Below the pieces are notes generated by a model, which was given only the letters and a program-made list of their open reading frames with translations, did no database searches and was not told the DNA's origin. A stretch of 60,733 nt of DNA, filler included. It is 5 parts of 5 records of this genome, joined end to end, with 100 filler letters (N's around TTAATTAATTAA, not from the genome) between each part and the next. Parts side by side here need not be neighbours in the genome. Positions count along the whole stretch, not along the records: positions 28,515 to 53,302 come from SRR2962707_2092; 4 more parts are not named here. The stretch is one strand, 5' to 3'. This document shows, in pieces, positions 39,936-49,413 of the stretch. The position numbers and the translations under genes are program-made. Each line of letters opens with the position of its first letter. Position 1 is the first letter of the stretch.

Positions 39936-42900
39936 ATGAATTTAAAACTTTACACAACCTTATTTACGCTTTTGTGTTGCCTCCTGTCTTTTGGACAATA
40001 CACCGGAGAAGTAATTTATGATTTCCGGGATGACGGTGTGATTTTCAACGCTGGTCAAAGTGCAGATGGCAAACTTGTTCTGACACCTGCAGGATCCTCT
40101 ATCCAGCATGGTAATACCTATGGTCTGGACCTCAAAGTTGGATCAGTTATATCCATTGATGTGGATGGTAGTAGCACCATTCGGTTCTTAGGATCTGTCC
40201 ATTCGAGATTGGATGTTGATGGAACCGCTCCTAACGGATGGAATCTTGGAGTACAAATAGGACAGGTGGCAAACGACCTGTCTGATACGTTTGACTTTGT
40301 ATATTCCGGTGAGGCTGCAACGTTGACATTTACTGTAATTGCAGCAACGGGTAATGACTTGTATTTACCACAAATCACTGTGATTCCTTCACAGGCAGGT
40401 AAAGATGTAACCACAGCTGATGCGAATATTCCTTATTATTTTGACCTTAGAGATGAAAGTATTTATCCTTCAGGTGCTGGCAATCATGTAGAAGCAGGGC
40501 TAATTGTAATTGACGCGGGCTGTTGTAATGGGATTAGCCTCAATGGTTCACAACACGGAATAACCTTCAAAGATCAGAATACAATAACCCTTGAGGTAGG
40601 TGGAAATAGTTACATAAGAGTGGCGGGAGACGAATTTTCCGGCGGAACTATCACAGCTACAAGTACAACTGGTACCTTGGATCCGGTTACACAAAATCAT
40701 ATGACGAGCATTACATTCCCACAGGGGGATGATGGAGGGCCTTGGGTAGATTTCCTTTACGCTGGCGATCCAGGTACAGTAGTCCTCACCGCTGGTGGAA
40801 GCACTAACTATATTCCATACATTGAAATTTCACCTGTCCCATTTGATGTGCTTCCATGGGTACAAAAATCTGGGTCTATAACGATTAATGGTACAGACAT
40901 CAATTTCATGGCTGGAGCAGATAAAGATTCTGAACCAACTGTGACCGTTTCAAAAGGTCATGTTACCTCATCTTCCCTTACGGAAACTTCAGTGCGTATC
41001 GATCTGGGTGGAGCAAGCTTATCATCATATACACCATCCGTAGCTGGCGATGTGGAATCAGTAACTATTGATGGCGATGTGGTCACACTTAATCTGGTAG
41101 ATGCTGGTACTTCTGATCCTTCTTCATACATGATTAATGTAGTTGATGGGAGTATTGTCGATGTATGGGATTTTGGGGCTGAACAGATTGCAGATACCGA
41201 AGAAGAAACTTACAAAAACTGGCTAACCGTTGAGTCCATTAACGCTTGGTACGATGGATCAATTGCTGAAGGATCTGATGGAAATGTTATGCCGCAAACA
41301 TTCACCTCTGGAGTTTTTTCTTGGTCAGGTGGAACCAATGACCGCTTAAGAACAACTAATACTAGTTTGACTCGATATGACGGAAATACCAAAGGTGATT
41401 TCGTTGGCCGATTGTATATCAATGCTAATCCCGCTCCTGATCGACGCTTCACCGTAGATCTGAATAAAGATGATGAGCTGACCTTATGGATGTATGCAGA
41501 GAACTCAGACGGTCAGCTTCATTTCCAGAATGCAGAAGATGAAAGCATTCAGGATGACGTTGCAACTGTCCCTATCAGTACCGTTACAGAGGTAAACTTT
41601 GTCGCAAAGGCAACTGGTTCCTATTACATCTATGATGCGGCAGCCAAACCAAGTTACCTTAGAATCTACCGTAGGGATGCTTCTTATGTGGTAGTATCAG
41701 GTACAGTTGATGAGACGAATGCTCCAGGAATTCAGGCAGGTTATTCCCTGGTTTTTACGAATCAGGATGGAAATGCAACCACAGTATTGGTTGAGTCAGG
41801 AACTTACTCCGTTGGACTGCCTGCGGGTTATACCTATGATTTATCGCTTGAAAATGCCAATGGATATGTGATCTCTTCAGGGTCCTCAGTTGAAGTAACG
41901 GAAAGCACAACAACTCATGATGTAACATTGAATCAAGTCGAGCTTTACACTATAACTGGAGCCATTACGGGTTTAGGTGATGATATTGCTGACCTCACCT
42001 TGAAATTCACATCGGATCCTGCTGCCAATAAGATTTTCGTTCCGGAACCAGTAATTGATACGGAAAATTCCACCTATTCAGTCCAATTGGAACCTAGTGT
42101 TGAGTATACCATTTCAGGTGAAGGGGTTAATGATTATGAGATTCCTAGCAATACCCTGACGATTACCGGTGATCAAACTGCAGATATAGCATTTGCAGCA
42201 AAAACAACTTTTGCGATCGCCATTACAACAGATGGGCTAACTTCTGAACAAGAGGGGTTGTTGGTTCTTACCTTCACCAATCTAAATGAGGAAGGCTATT
42301 CCTATGAGTTTGGTATTTCAGAAGTGGAATTAAGAGATGGAACCTATTCGGTTGCCTCATCAGGCTTATCTGAACATCCGGTAGAAATGGCACTGACTTC
42401 CAACTTAACGATAAATGGAGCTGATGCAAGCAAAACCATTTCTTTCGTTCCGGTTACTGAATGGGGATTTGATGATGAAAAGCTTAATGATCTTTCTTCC
42501 TACAAAGGACTTCTCTTTACTGGTCTTATTGGTAGTGAGCCGCAGAAATCTCACTTAACTGCCAAGCCGGATGCGACTATTCAAGTGCCGGTAAATGTTG
42601 GGGATAAACTTGGAATCTACTATTACTATTCCGCTGATTTCAGCATTGATGGGGGAGATCCGATTACGACTAATTCGCAAAGCACTTCTGTACAGGAGTA
42701 TACGGATTATGTATACACTGGCACTGAATCCGGATATGTAACAATCACTTTTGGAGCAACAGCAAGCACTTCTTATATCACAGATATCCTCAAAGGAGAG
42801 GTCATAGATTATGCGGAGGAGATTACTGTGGGAAGTGAGAAGGATTACGAGACCATCAATGATGCACTTGATGCAATCAGGTCCATGGATCGTCCCAACG

Positions 42901-44570
42901 ATGAGCGTGTTACCGTTTCAATTGATGCAGGTAACTACGAAGAGATGTTAGTAATTGATGTAGTGAATGTCACACTAAAAAATGCGGCAACAGATCCGAG
43001 TCTGGATCTATTAAACGAAGGGGTGGATATTGGCGAAGGAGTAGTTCGTGTGACATCATATTATGGTCACGGATACAACTACTACAGTATGGGGACGGAT
43101 CAGAAGTGGCATGCTGATGTGCTTGAAGTGAACAAGGAGAATGGATACACCTCTTATGAAAATACAGGTGCCGGAACCACCAACGGATCCTATTGGAATG
43201 CTACAGTGGTAGTGAGTGCAACAGGTTTCATTGCAGAAGACATCATTTTTGAGAATTCCTTCAACCAATACATTTCGCAGAAAGAAGCAGATGATGTGGT
43301 TGAGGAAAAGTCAGATGGAAAAGGAACTCGACCAACCACAGTCGGCGCAACCGACGTACAGGACAGAAGTTTTGTAGAGCGAGCTGCAGCATTAGCAGTA
43401 ACCAATAATGTAGATAAGGTCATTTTAAATAATTGTCGTGTCGTAGGTCGTCAGGATTCATTCTATGGCGGACAAGGATCTCGTGTGGCCATTTACAGAG
43501 GAGCCTACATGGGTGCTGTGGATTACATATTTGGTGGGATGACAGCTGTTTTCTTCCGATCAGACTTGGTAATGAATGTCTCAGATGTGAGCAGCGATGC
43601 AGCTTACCTCACTGCAGCCCAGCAAACTAGCGGCAGAGGATATCTGATGTATGAATGTACAGTTACTTCTACAGAACCTGGTGTTGAGACGGCTTCTTCT
43701 TTCCGTGCGAAACCGGGATATTTTGGAAGACCTTGGCAGCCAAATACCAGTGAGGTAGTGTTCTTCAATACAACTGTTGAAACCTCTGACTTTACTGGTT
43801 CAGAAGGATTGTCATTGATTTCTCCTGAAGGTTGGACCAATTCACTTGGGGGTGAATCCACTATGATGTACGAGTTTGGAACCAACGAATTGTCCGGAGT
43901 GGACAACTCTGCAAATAGAGCTGCATGGTCTACAGTACTTACCGAAGCAGTCCTTTCAGATGAAACAGACATCACATTGTTCAACTTTACGAAAGGGTCA
44001 GATGAGTGGGATCCGTTTGCAGACTTGATTGATTCTAATAACCTGTTGGAAAGTCTTTCACTTGCAGAAGGAACACTCGATCCGGCCTTTGATCCGGCTG
44101 TGAATTCTTACACTGTAGCAGTGCCGTTTGGAACCACAGAAGTAACGCTTGCTGCTACTGCACAGAGTGATTTTGCCACAGTAGAAATAGGGGTCTTTGA
44201 TGCTTTACCTGGATCGGCGACTGTTACCGTGACTGCTGATGATGGAAGTACCAATGAATATACAGTGACCGTGACAGTGGATCAACCACTTTCTGCTGAG
44301 GATGAACTAGATAGCGAATTGAATCTGAAGATTTATCCTAACCCTACGATGGGTGCAGCTAGTGTCTCTTTCAACTTGGCTGAAGCTCAGAAGGTCTCAA
44401 TTTCACTTTTAGATCTTTCAGGCAGGTATATCAAAAATATAGTGGATGCTGATTTGAGTGCCGGAGAGCACGAGGTAAGTATTGAAACCAGTGATTTGGA
44501 ACCTGGAATATACCTCTGTTCATTTGATTCGAAAGATGGTAAACCGGCCATCAGACTCATTGTACAATAA
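39936..44570 (+). CDS. Large multimodular T9SS-secreted pectin methylesterase (CE8)
   Basis: Signal peptide, a long acidic beta-rich N-terminal region, CE8 motifs GNYEE, GRQDSFYG, GAVDYIFG and YFGRPW, a cadherin-like sandwich (LDPAFDPAVNSYTV), and CTD IYPNP...PGIYL. Confidence 0.88.
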   Translation: MNLKLYTTLFTLLCCLLSFGQYTGEVIYDFRDDGVIFNAGQSADGKLVLTPAGSSIQHGNTYGLDLKVGSVISIDVDGSSTIRFLGSVHSRLDVDGTAPNGWNLGVQIGQVANDLSDTFDFVYSGEAATLTFTVIAATGNDLYLPQITVIPSQAGKDVTTADANIPYYFDLRDESIYPSGAGNHVEAGLIVIDAGCCNGISLNGSQHGITFKDQNTITLEVGGNSYIRVAGDEFSGGTITATSTTGTLDPVTQNHMTSITFPQGDDGGPWVDFLYAGDPGTVVLTAGGSTNYIPYIEISPVPFDVLPWVQKSGSITINGTDINFMAGADKDSEPTVTVSKGHVTSSSLTETSVRIDLGGASLSSYTPSVAGDVESVTIDGDVVTLNLVDAGTSDPSSYMINVVDGSIVDVWDFGAEQIADTEEETYKNWLTVESINAWYDGSIAEGSDGNVMPQTFTSGVFSWSGGTNDRLRTTNTSLTRYDGNTKGDFVGRLYINANPAPDRRFTVDLNKDDELTLWMYAENSDGQLHFQNAEDESIQDDVATVPISTVTEVNFVAKATGSYYIYDAAAKPSYLRIYRRDASYVVVSGTVDETNAPGIQAGYSLVFTNQDGNATTVLVESGTYSVGLPAGYTYDLSLENANGYVISSGSSVEVTESTTTHDVTLNQVELYTITGAITGLGDDIADLTLKFTSDPAANKIFVPEPVIDTENSTYSVQLEPSVEYTISGEGVNDYEIPSNTLTITGDQTADIAFAAKTTFAIAITTDGLTSEQEGLLVLTFTNLNEEGYSYEFGISEVELRDGTYSVASSGLSEHPVEMALTSNLTINGADASKTISFVPVTEWGFDDEKLNDLSSYKGLLFTGLIGSEPQKSHLTAKPDATIQVPVNVGDKLGIYYYYSADFSIDGGDPITTNSQSTSVQEYTDYVYTGTESGYVTITFGATASTSYITDILKGEVIDYAEEITVGSEKDYETINDALDAIRSMDRPNDERVTVSIDAGNYEEMLVIDVVNVTLKNAATDPSLDLLNEGVDIGEGVVRVTSYYGHGYNYYSMGTDQKWHADVLEVNKENGYTSYENTGAGTTNGSYWNATVVVSATGFIAEDIIFENSFNQYISQKEADDVVEEKSDGKGTRPTTVGATDVQDRSFVERAAALAVTNNVDKVILNNCRVVGRQDSFYGGQGSRVAIYRGAYMGAVDYIFGGMTAVFFRSDLVMNVSDVSSDAAYLTAAQQTSGRGYLMYECTVTSTEPGVETASSFRAKPGYFGRPWQPNTSEVVFFNTTVETSDFTGSEGLSLISPEGWTNSLGGESTMMYEFGTNELSGVDNSANRAAWSTVLTEAVLSDETDITLFNFTKGSDEWDPFADLIDSNNLLESLSLAEGTLDPAFDPAVNSYTVAVPFGTTEVTLAATAQSDFATVEIGVFDALPGSATVTVTADDGSTNEYTVTVTVDQPLSAEDELDSELNLKIYPNPTMGAASVSFNLAEAQKVSISLLDLSGRYIKNIVDADLSAGEHEVSIETSDLEPGIYLCSFDSKDGKPAIRLIVQ

Positions 44571-44596
44571 ACTGACTCACTAAAACCAAATAAGAA

Positions 44597-45073
44597 ATGA
44601 AAAATAGTAGAAATACCTTCAAGACACTTTTTATGATGATAGCTGCTGCAATCTTGATCACGACAGTCAGTTGTGGGAGTGACAATGGACCTGGTGTTAC
44701 CAATGGTCAGCAACTGATTGAAGCGCTAACGACGCAAACATGGACGGTGGATGCCAGTGCTTCGAATGTGAGTGCAAGTGGGGATCAGGATGTCTCTACC
44801 TATGGGGTTTCCTTTTCGGAGACTGATGAAGGAGCAAGCTTTACACTTAGTGGTGATATTAGTAATTACATGAGTGGTGGATCCTTTAGTGTTAACGATG
44901 CTGGAGAATTGTCAGATGTGGCACTAAGTGTTGTAGGATCTGATATCGAGATCACAAATCCAACAGTTAGTATCGCTAGTGATTTTAGTTCGTTTACAGT
45001 AACAGCCAATATTTCTCAAGCTGCCCGTGTAGTAGGGGTAGGGACATATACCATTGTATTTAATGGACAATAA
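44597..45073 (+). CDS. Hypothetical lipoprotein
   Basis: Lipobox TVSC; beta-rich 158 aa; directly downstream of the large CE8. Confidence 0.7.
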   Translation: MKNSRNTFKTLFMMIAAAILITTVSCGSDNGPGVTNGQQLIEALTTQTWTVDASASNVSASGDQDVSTYGVSFSETDEGASFTLSGDISNYMSGGSFSVNDAGELSDVALSVVGSDIEITNPTVSIASDFSSFTVTANISQAARVVGVGTYTIVFNGQ

Positions 45074-45094
45074 ATAGCTTTAATATTTGAACAT

Positions 45095-45125
45095 AAAAGA
45101 CCTTCGCCCTAGGTGAGGGTCTTTT
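45095..45125 (+). terminator. Rho-independent terminator of the CE8-lipoprotein operon
   Basis: AAAAGACCTTCGCC-CTA-GGTGAGGGTCTTTT. Confidence 0.75.
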
Positions 45126-45249
45126 AATATGGTAAGAAATAAAATTAGGTGAAGATGATGTGTCTGAAAGACTTAAGGTTGGTTGCAAATATCAAATACT
45201 TAAAATAGGACTTATATACAGCAACTAATTTTATATATTTTGAAAAAAA

Positions 45250-45294
45250 GCAATCGATTGCACAAAAATATTGAATAATTTCATAACATTTGTA
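45250..45294 (+). promoter_or_regulatory. Operator plus promoter-like block duplicated from 39666-39711
   Basis: GCAATCGATTGCACAAAAATATT...ATAACATTTGTA occurs in both places. AACATTTG is near the Bacteroidota -7 consensus TAnnTTTG. Confidence 0.7.
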
Positions 45295-45297
45295 CAT

Positions 45298-45496
45298 TGT
45301 TGACTGATCTATTTATAGAATAGTCAATTAAAGGTTGAAAATGAATGAAATCGATTACACTTCAAATTTCGAGCTAACCTACAGTAAGAGTATAGGTTAA
45401 TGGAATTAGAATATTAGGTTTTACGCACGATAAACTAAGGAAGCAGAACCTAAGGTTTTGCGCGAGCGACTCTCGAGGAGAGTCGTTTCTTTTTTT
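45298..45496 (+). ncRNA. Candidate structured small RNA (~200 nt)
   Basis: Bounded by the duplicated promoter and a plus-strand intrinsic terminator, with several internal hairpins and no long ORF. Confidence 0.45.
45466..45496 (+). terminator. Orphan rho-independent terminator
   Basis: GCGACTCTC-GAG-GAGAGTCGT followed by TTCTTTTTTT; the U-tract is on the plus strand only. Confidence 0.75.
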
Positions 45497-45525
45497 ACAG
45501 TCCTGATAAGATTTATCCAGGCAAT

Positions 45526-46290
45526 TTATCGCCCCATCCATCCACCATCCACAAGTAGGATTGCTCCATTGACATAGTTGGAAGCACCAGAAGCAAGGAA
45601 TACGGTTGGCCCCTTGAAATCGTCAGGCTCACCCCACCTTCCGGCAGGAATTCTATCTAAAATGGATTTGCTCCTGACAGGGTCATTGCGCAAGGCTTCA
45701 GTATTGTCCGTGGCGATGTATCCTGGGGCAATGGCATTAACCTGCACACCTTTGGATGCCCATTCATTCGAAAAAGCCATCGTCATTTGACCAATCGCGC
45801 CTTTGGAAGCTGCATATCCGGGCACGGTTATTCCTCCCTGGAAGGTGAGGAGTGAAGCGGTGAATATTATTTTTCCCGACCCTCTGGCAATCATATCTTT
45901 TCCAAATTCCCTGGTTAGGATAAATTGAGAATTCTGATTGATTTCTATCACCTTATCCCAGTAGTCATCCGGGTGCTCTGCAGCAGGGGCTCGCATAATG
46001 GTGCCGGCATTGTTAACCAAAATATCTACAACAGGATGATTGGATTTTATTTCCTCTATTGCCTGATACACGGATTCTCTATTGGCAAAATCACATGCAT
46101 AACTTTTAAACTGGCGACCAAGTGCTTTCACATTTTGCTCAATTTGTGAGTTTGGCTCAATGGTTCGTGAAACACCAATGATATCTGCACCGGCTTCAGC
46201 CAGGCCTTCAGCCATCGCAAATCCTATTCCTTTGTTGCATCCCGTAACCAATGCTGTCTTTCCTGTCAGGTCAAATGATTTTAAAATCAT
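45526..46290 (-). CDS. kduD: 2-dehydro-3-deoxy-D-gluconate 5-dehydrogenase
   Basis: SDR TGCNKGIG, NNAG, FQGGITVPGYAASK and RIPAGRWG; divergent from kduI. Confidence 0.9.
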   Translation of the reverse strand: MILKSFDLTGKTALVTGCNKGIGFAMAEGLAEAGADIIGVSRTIEPNSQIEQNVKALGRQFKSYACDFANRESVYQAIEEIKSNHPVVDILVNNAGTIMRAPAAEHPDDYWDKVIEINQNSQFILTREFGKDMIARGSGKIIFTASLLTFQGGITVPGYAASKGAIGQMTMAFSNEWASKGVQVNAIAPGYIATDNTEALRNDPVRSKSILDRIPAGRWGEPDDFKGPTVFLASGASNYVNGAILLVDGGWMGR

Positions 46291-46328
46291 AATTTTCTTA
46301 GATATTGAAGTTTACTCCAAAGATATAA

Positions 46329-46352
46329 TATATTTGTGCAATCGATTACACA
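46329..46352 (+). promoter_or_regulatory. kduI -7 element (TATATTTG) overlapped by operator TGTGCAATCGATTACACA
   Basis: TAnnTTTG at 46329-46336 and a near-perfect 18-bp palindrome at 46335-46352. Confidence 0.75.
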
Positions 46353-46375
46353 CAAAACAAATTCAACATTAAACT

Positions 46376-47212
46376 ATGAGTGAAATCAGATTTGGTTCAA
46401 ACCCCAACGATGTAAAAAAGTATACAACAGAAGAACTTAGATCTCAGTTCTTGATTCCGGAAGTGATGAAGCCCGGGGAGATTACATGCGTCTATTCGAT
46501 GCATGACAGAATGATCACCATAGGAATTGTTCCATTGGCTAAGTCAATCGAATTACCTGCCTTTGACGATCTGACCAAATCAGCATACTTCCTGGAAAGA
46601 AGGGAGCTGGGAATTATCAACGTTGGTGGAAGTGGATCTGTAAACGTAGACGGAGAAATCTTTAAGCTTGAAAATAAAGAGTGTCTGTATGTTGGTAGAG
46701 GAAGCAAAACAGTCTCTTTTACCAGCGACTCACAAAACAGTCCGGCTGAGTTTTACCTTAATTCAAGCCCGGCACACAAAGAATATCCAACAGTAAAGGC
46801 GACACTTTCAGATGCCAATCGAGTGGACCTTGGTTCGAAGGAGAACTGTAATGAACGGACCATCTTTCAGTACATTCATGAAGGAGGTATTCAAAGTTGC
46901 CAACTGGTAATGGGTTTTACCACATTAGCAACAGGCAGCATCTGGAACACTTTCCCGCCACACACCCACTATCGTAGAATGGAAGTCTATTTCTACTTTG
47001 ATATGCCAAAGGATCAAGTGGTGATGCATTTCATGGGTGATCCTAGAGAGACCAGGCACCTGGTAATGGCTAATAAACAGGCAGTTATCTCACCGGAATG
47101 GTCGATCCATGCGGGAGCGGGAACTTCAAGCTATTCATTCATCTGGGGAATGGCTGGTGAAAATCAAGCCTTTACCGACATGGATGGAGAACAATTATTG
47201 GATCTTAAATAA
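46376..47212 (+). CDS. kduI: 5-dehydro-4-deoxy-D-glucuronate isomerase
   Basis: FLERRELG, SCQLVMG, WNTFPPHTHYRRMEVYFYF, SPEWSIH and WGMAGEN. Confidence 0.96.
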   Translation: MSEIRFGSNPNDVKKYTTEELRSQFLIPEVMKPGEITCVYSMHDRMITIGIVPLAKSIELPAFDDLTKSAYFLERRELGIINVGGSGSVNVDGEIFKLENKECLYVGRGSKTVSFTSDSQNSPAEFYLNSSPAHKEYPTVKATLSDANRVDLGSKENCNERTIFQYIHEGGIQSCQLVMGFTTLATGSIWNTFPPHTHYRRMEVYFYFDMPKDQVVMHFMGDPRETRHLVMANKQAVISPEWSIHAGAGTSSYSFIWGMAGENQAFTDMDGEQLLDLK

Positions 47213-47243
47213 TTAATTAGAAGAACGATTAAGTATAGATGAT

Positions 47244-48290
47244 ATGAAGAAAGTAGTAACGTTTGGAGAAATCATGCTTCGTTTGGCACCTCAGGGATTC
47301 CTCAGGTTTTCACAAGCTAATTCCTTTGATGTAATCTATGGAGGAGGAGAATCCAATGTGGCCGTTTCTTTGGCCAATTATGGTGTTCCGGTTTCTTTCG
47401 TAACAAGGCTGCCGAAAAATGATATTGGAGAGTGTGCTATGATGGAGATGCGCAAGAGAGGAGTAAATACTGAAAATATTGTTTGGGGAGGAGATCGGTT
47501 AGGCATCTATTTCCTGGAAACAGGTGCTGTATCTCGAGGGAGCAAGGTGGTGTATGATCGTGCGCATTCGGCCATGTCGGAAATTCAACCGGGCATGGTG
47601 GATTGGAAAAAAGTATTTGAGGGTGCAGCCTGGTTTCACTGGACAGGGATCACTCCGGCTATTTCTCAAAGTGCAGCAGATGCTTGTTTGGAGGCAGTAA
47701 AAGTGGCCAGCGAGATGGGCATCACCATTTCTACCGACCTGAATTACCGCGCCAAATTATGGAAGTACTGTGATGCATCTCAACGTGAGAAGATCATGAC
47801 TGAACTTACTTCTTACTGTGACATTGTACTGGGTAATGAAGAAGATGCGGAAATGCATTTTGGAATCAAACCGGAGGGCATTTCGGTACAGACGGAAGGG
47901 CACAATGTGAAAGCAGAAGCCTTCTTGTCTGTGTGTCAACAAATGATGAAGAAATTCCCAAGAGCAAGGAAAGTGATCACCACCCTGCGTGGATCCATAT
48001 CCGCTTCTCACAATACGTGGGCTGGCGTGCTTTACGATGGAAGCAAGATGTTTGAAAGTCGTCAGTACCAGATCACGGATATCGTAGATCGTGTGGGAGG
48101 TGGAGACTCATTCATGGGTGGATTGATCTACGGACTATTGACATACCCGGAAGATGATCAAAATGCACTGGATTTTGCAGTAGCGGCTTCTTGCTTGAAA
48201 CATACAATTAAAGGAGACGCAAACCTGGTAACGGTTGCTGAAGTAGAGAAACTGATGGGAGGTGATGCTTCCGGAAGAGTTGCCAGATAA
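47244..48290 (+). CDS. kdgK: 2-keto-3-deoxygluconate kinase (PfkB), paralog 1
   Basis: TFGEIMLRL, GGGESNVA, WFHWTGITPA, DLNYRAKLW and IVDRVGGGDSF. Confidence 0.9.
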   Translation: MKKVVTFGEIMLRLAPQGFLRFSQANSFDVIYGGGESNVAVSLANYGVPVSFVTRLPKNDIGECAMMEMRKRGVNTENIVWGGDRLGIYFLETGAVSRGSKVVYDRAHSAMSEIQPGMVDWKKVFEGAAWFHWTGITPAISQSAADACLEAVKVASEMGITISTDLNYRAKLWKYCDASQREKIMTELTSYCDIVLGNEEDAEMHFGIKPEGISVQTEGHNVKAEAFLSVCQQMMKKFPRARKVITTLRGSISASHNTWAGVLYDGSKMFESRQYQITDIVDRVGGGDSFMGGLIYGLLTYPEDDQNALDFAVAASCLKHTIKGDANLVTVAEVEKLMGGDASGRVAR

Positions 48291-48404
48291 TTAAGATATT
48301 GGGGTCAGTTCTGGCTTTCAAAAACAGATGTTGATATGAAGTTTTCATAGATTTATTTGAGCTGGCCCCATTTTTTAAAATATAAGAATGAACAACAACC
48401 CCAA

Positions 48405-49409
48405 ATGAGTAAGCGAGTGGTCACATTCGGTGAAGTAATGATGCGACTGTCACCTCCTGGCTATGCCAAGTTTTCCCAGGCTACTACTGTGGAGATGGCT
48501 TATGGTGGAGGAGAAGCGAATGTGGGTGTTTCGTTGGCTTACTTTGGACTTAGTGCTTGTCACGTAACAAGATTTCCGGATAATTTCATCGGCCGTGCAG
48601 CCACACAATATCTTCGTCATCATTGGCTGGATACTTCAAAAATCATTTATGGAGAAGGAAGGATGGGAAAATATTTCCTTGAAAAAGGAGCGGTGCACCG
48701 ATCCAGCGAGGTAGTGTATGAAAGAGATCAATCATCCTTTGCTAAAGTGAAACCCGAAATGTTCAATTGGGAAGAAATTCTTGACGGTGCGGATTGGTTT
48801 CACTGGACGGGTATTACCCCGGCTATTTCACAAGGAACAGCCGATACATGTCAGGATGCAATAGAAACAGCAAACAAACTCGGCGTTACAGTATCTGCTG
48901 ATGTGTTTTCCAGAAAGAACCTGTGGCAATATGGAAAGACTAAACAGGAAATACTCCCTCAGTTAGTTTCTGGATGCGATATCGTTATTGCTGGCACATA
49001 TGACATTGCAGAGAACTTTGGGATATGCAAAGAAGATGATAGCTTCTCTCTGAGCGCCAAGTTGTTGAAAGAAAAGTACCCACGCATTCAAAAAGTGGTT
49101 GACAAAAACCGTGAAACACTCAGCGCTTCTCATAACAGAATTCAGGGTAAGATGTGGAGCGGGGAATCAGAAAAATTCACCTCTTCATTCGATGTGACTC
49201 ACATCGTAGACAGGGTAGGAACTGGGGATGCATTTGCAGCAGGATTGATCTATGGATTGCTGCATTACGATGACGATGAAATGGCGCTGAAGTTTGCTAC
49301 AGCAGCCTGTGCACTAAAGCATACCGTCGAGGGAGATGCCAATATGGTGTCGGTAGAAAATGTTCAAAAATTGGTGGAGGGAAACCTTTCCGGAAGTATT
49401 ATAAGATAA
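48405..49409 (+). CDS. kdgK: 2-keto-3-deoxygluconate kinase (PfkB), paralog 2
   Basis: TFGEVMMRL, GGGEANV, WFHWTGITPA and IVDRVGTGDAF; start at MSKRVV. Confidence 0.8.
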   Translation: MSKRVVTFGEVMMRLSPPGYAKFSQATTVEMAYGGGEANVGVSLAYFGLSACHVTRFPDNFIGRAATQYLRHHWLDTSKIIYGEGRMGKYFLEKGAVHRSSEVVYERDQSSFAKVKPEMFNWEEILDGADWFHWTGITPAISQGTADTCQDAIETANKLGVTVSADVFSRKNLWQYGKTKQEILPQLVSGCDIVIAGTYDIAENFGICKEDDSFSLSAKLLKEKYPRIQKVVDKNRETLSASHNRIQGKMWSGESEKFTSSFDVTHIVDRVGTGDAFAAGLIYGLLHYDDDEMALKFATAACALKHTVEGDANMVSVENVQKLVEGNLSGSIIR

Positions 49410-49413
49410 GTAT

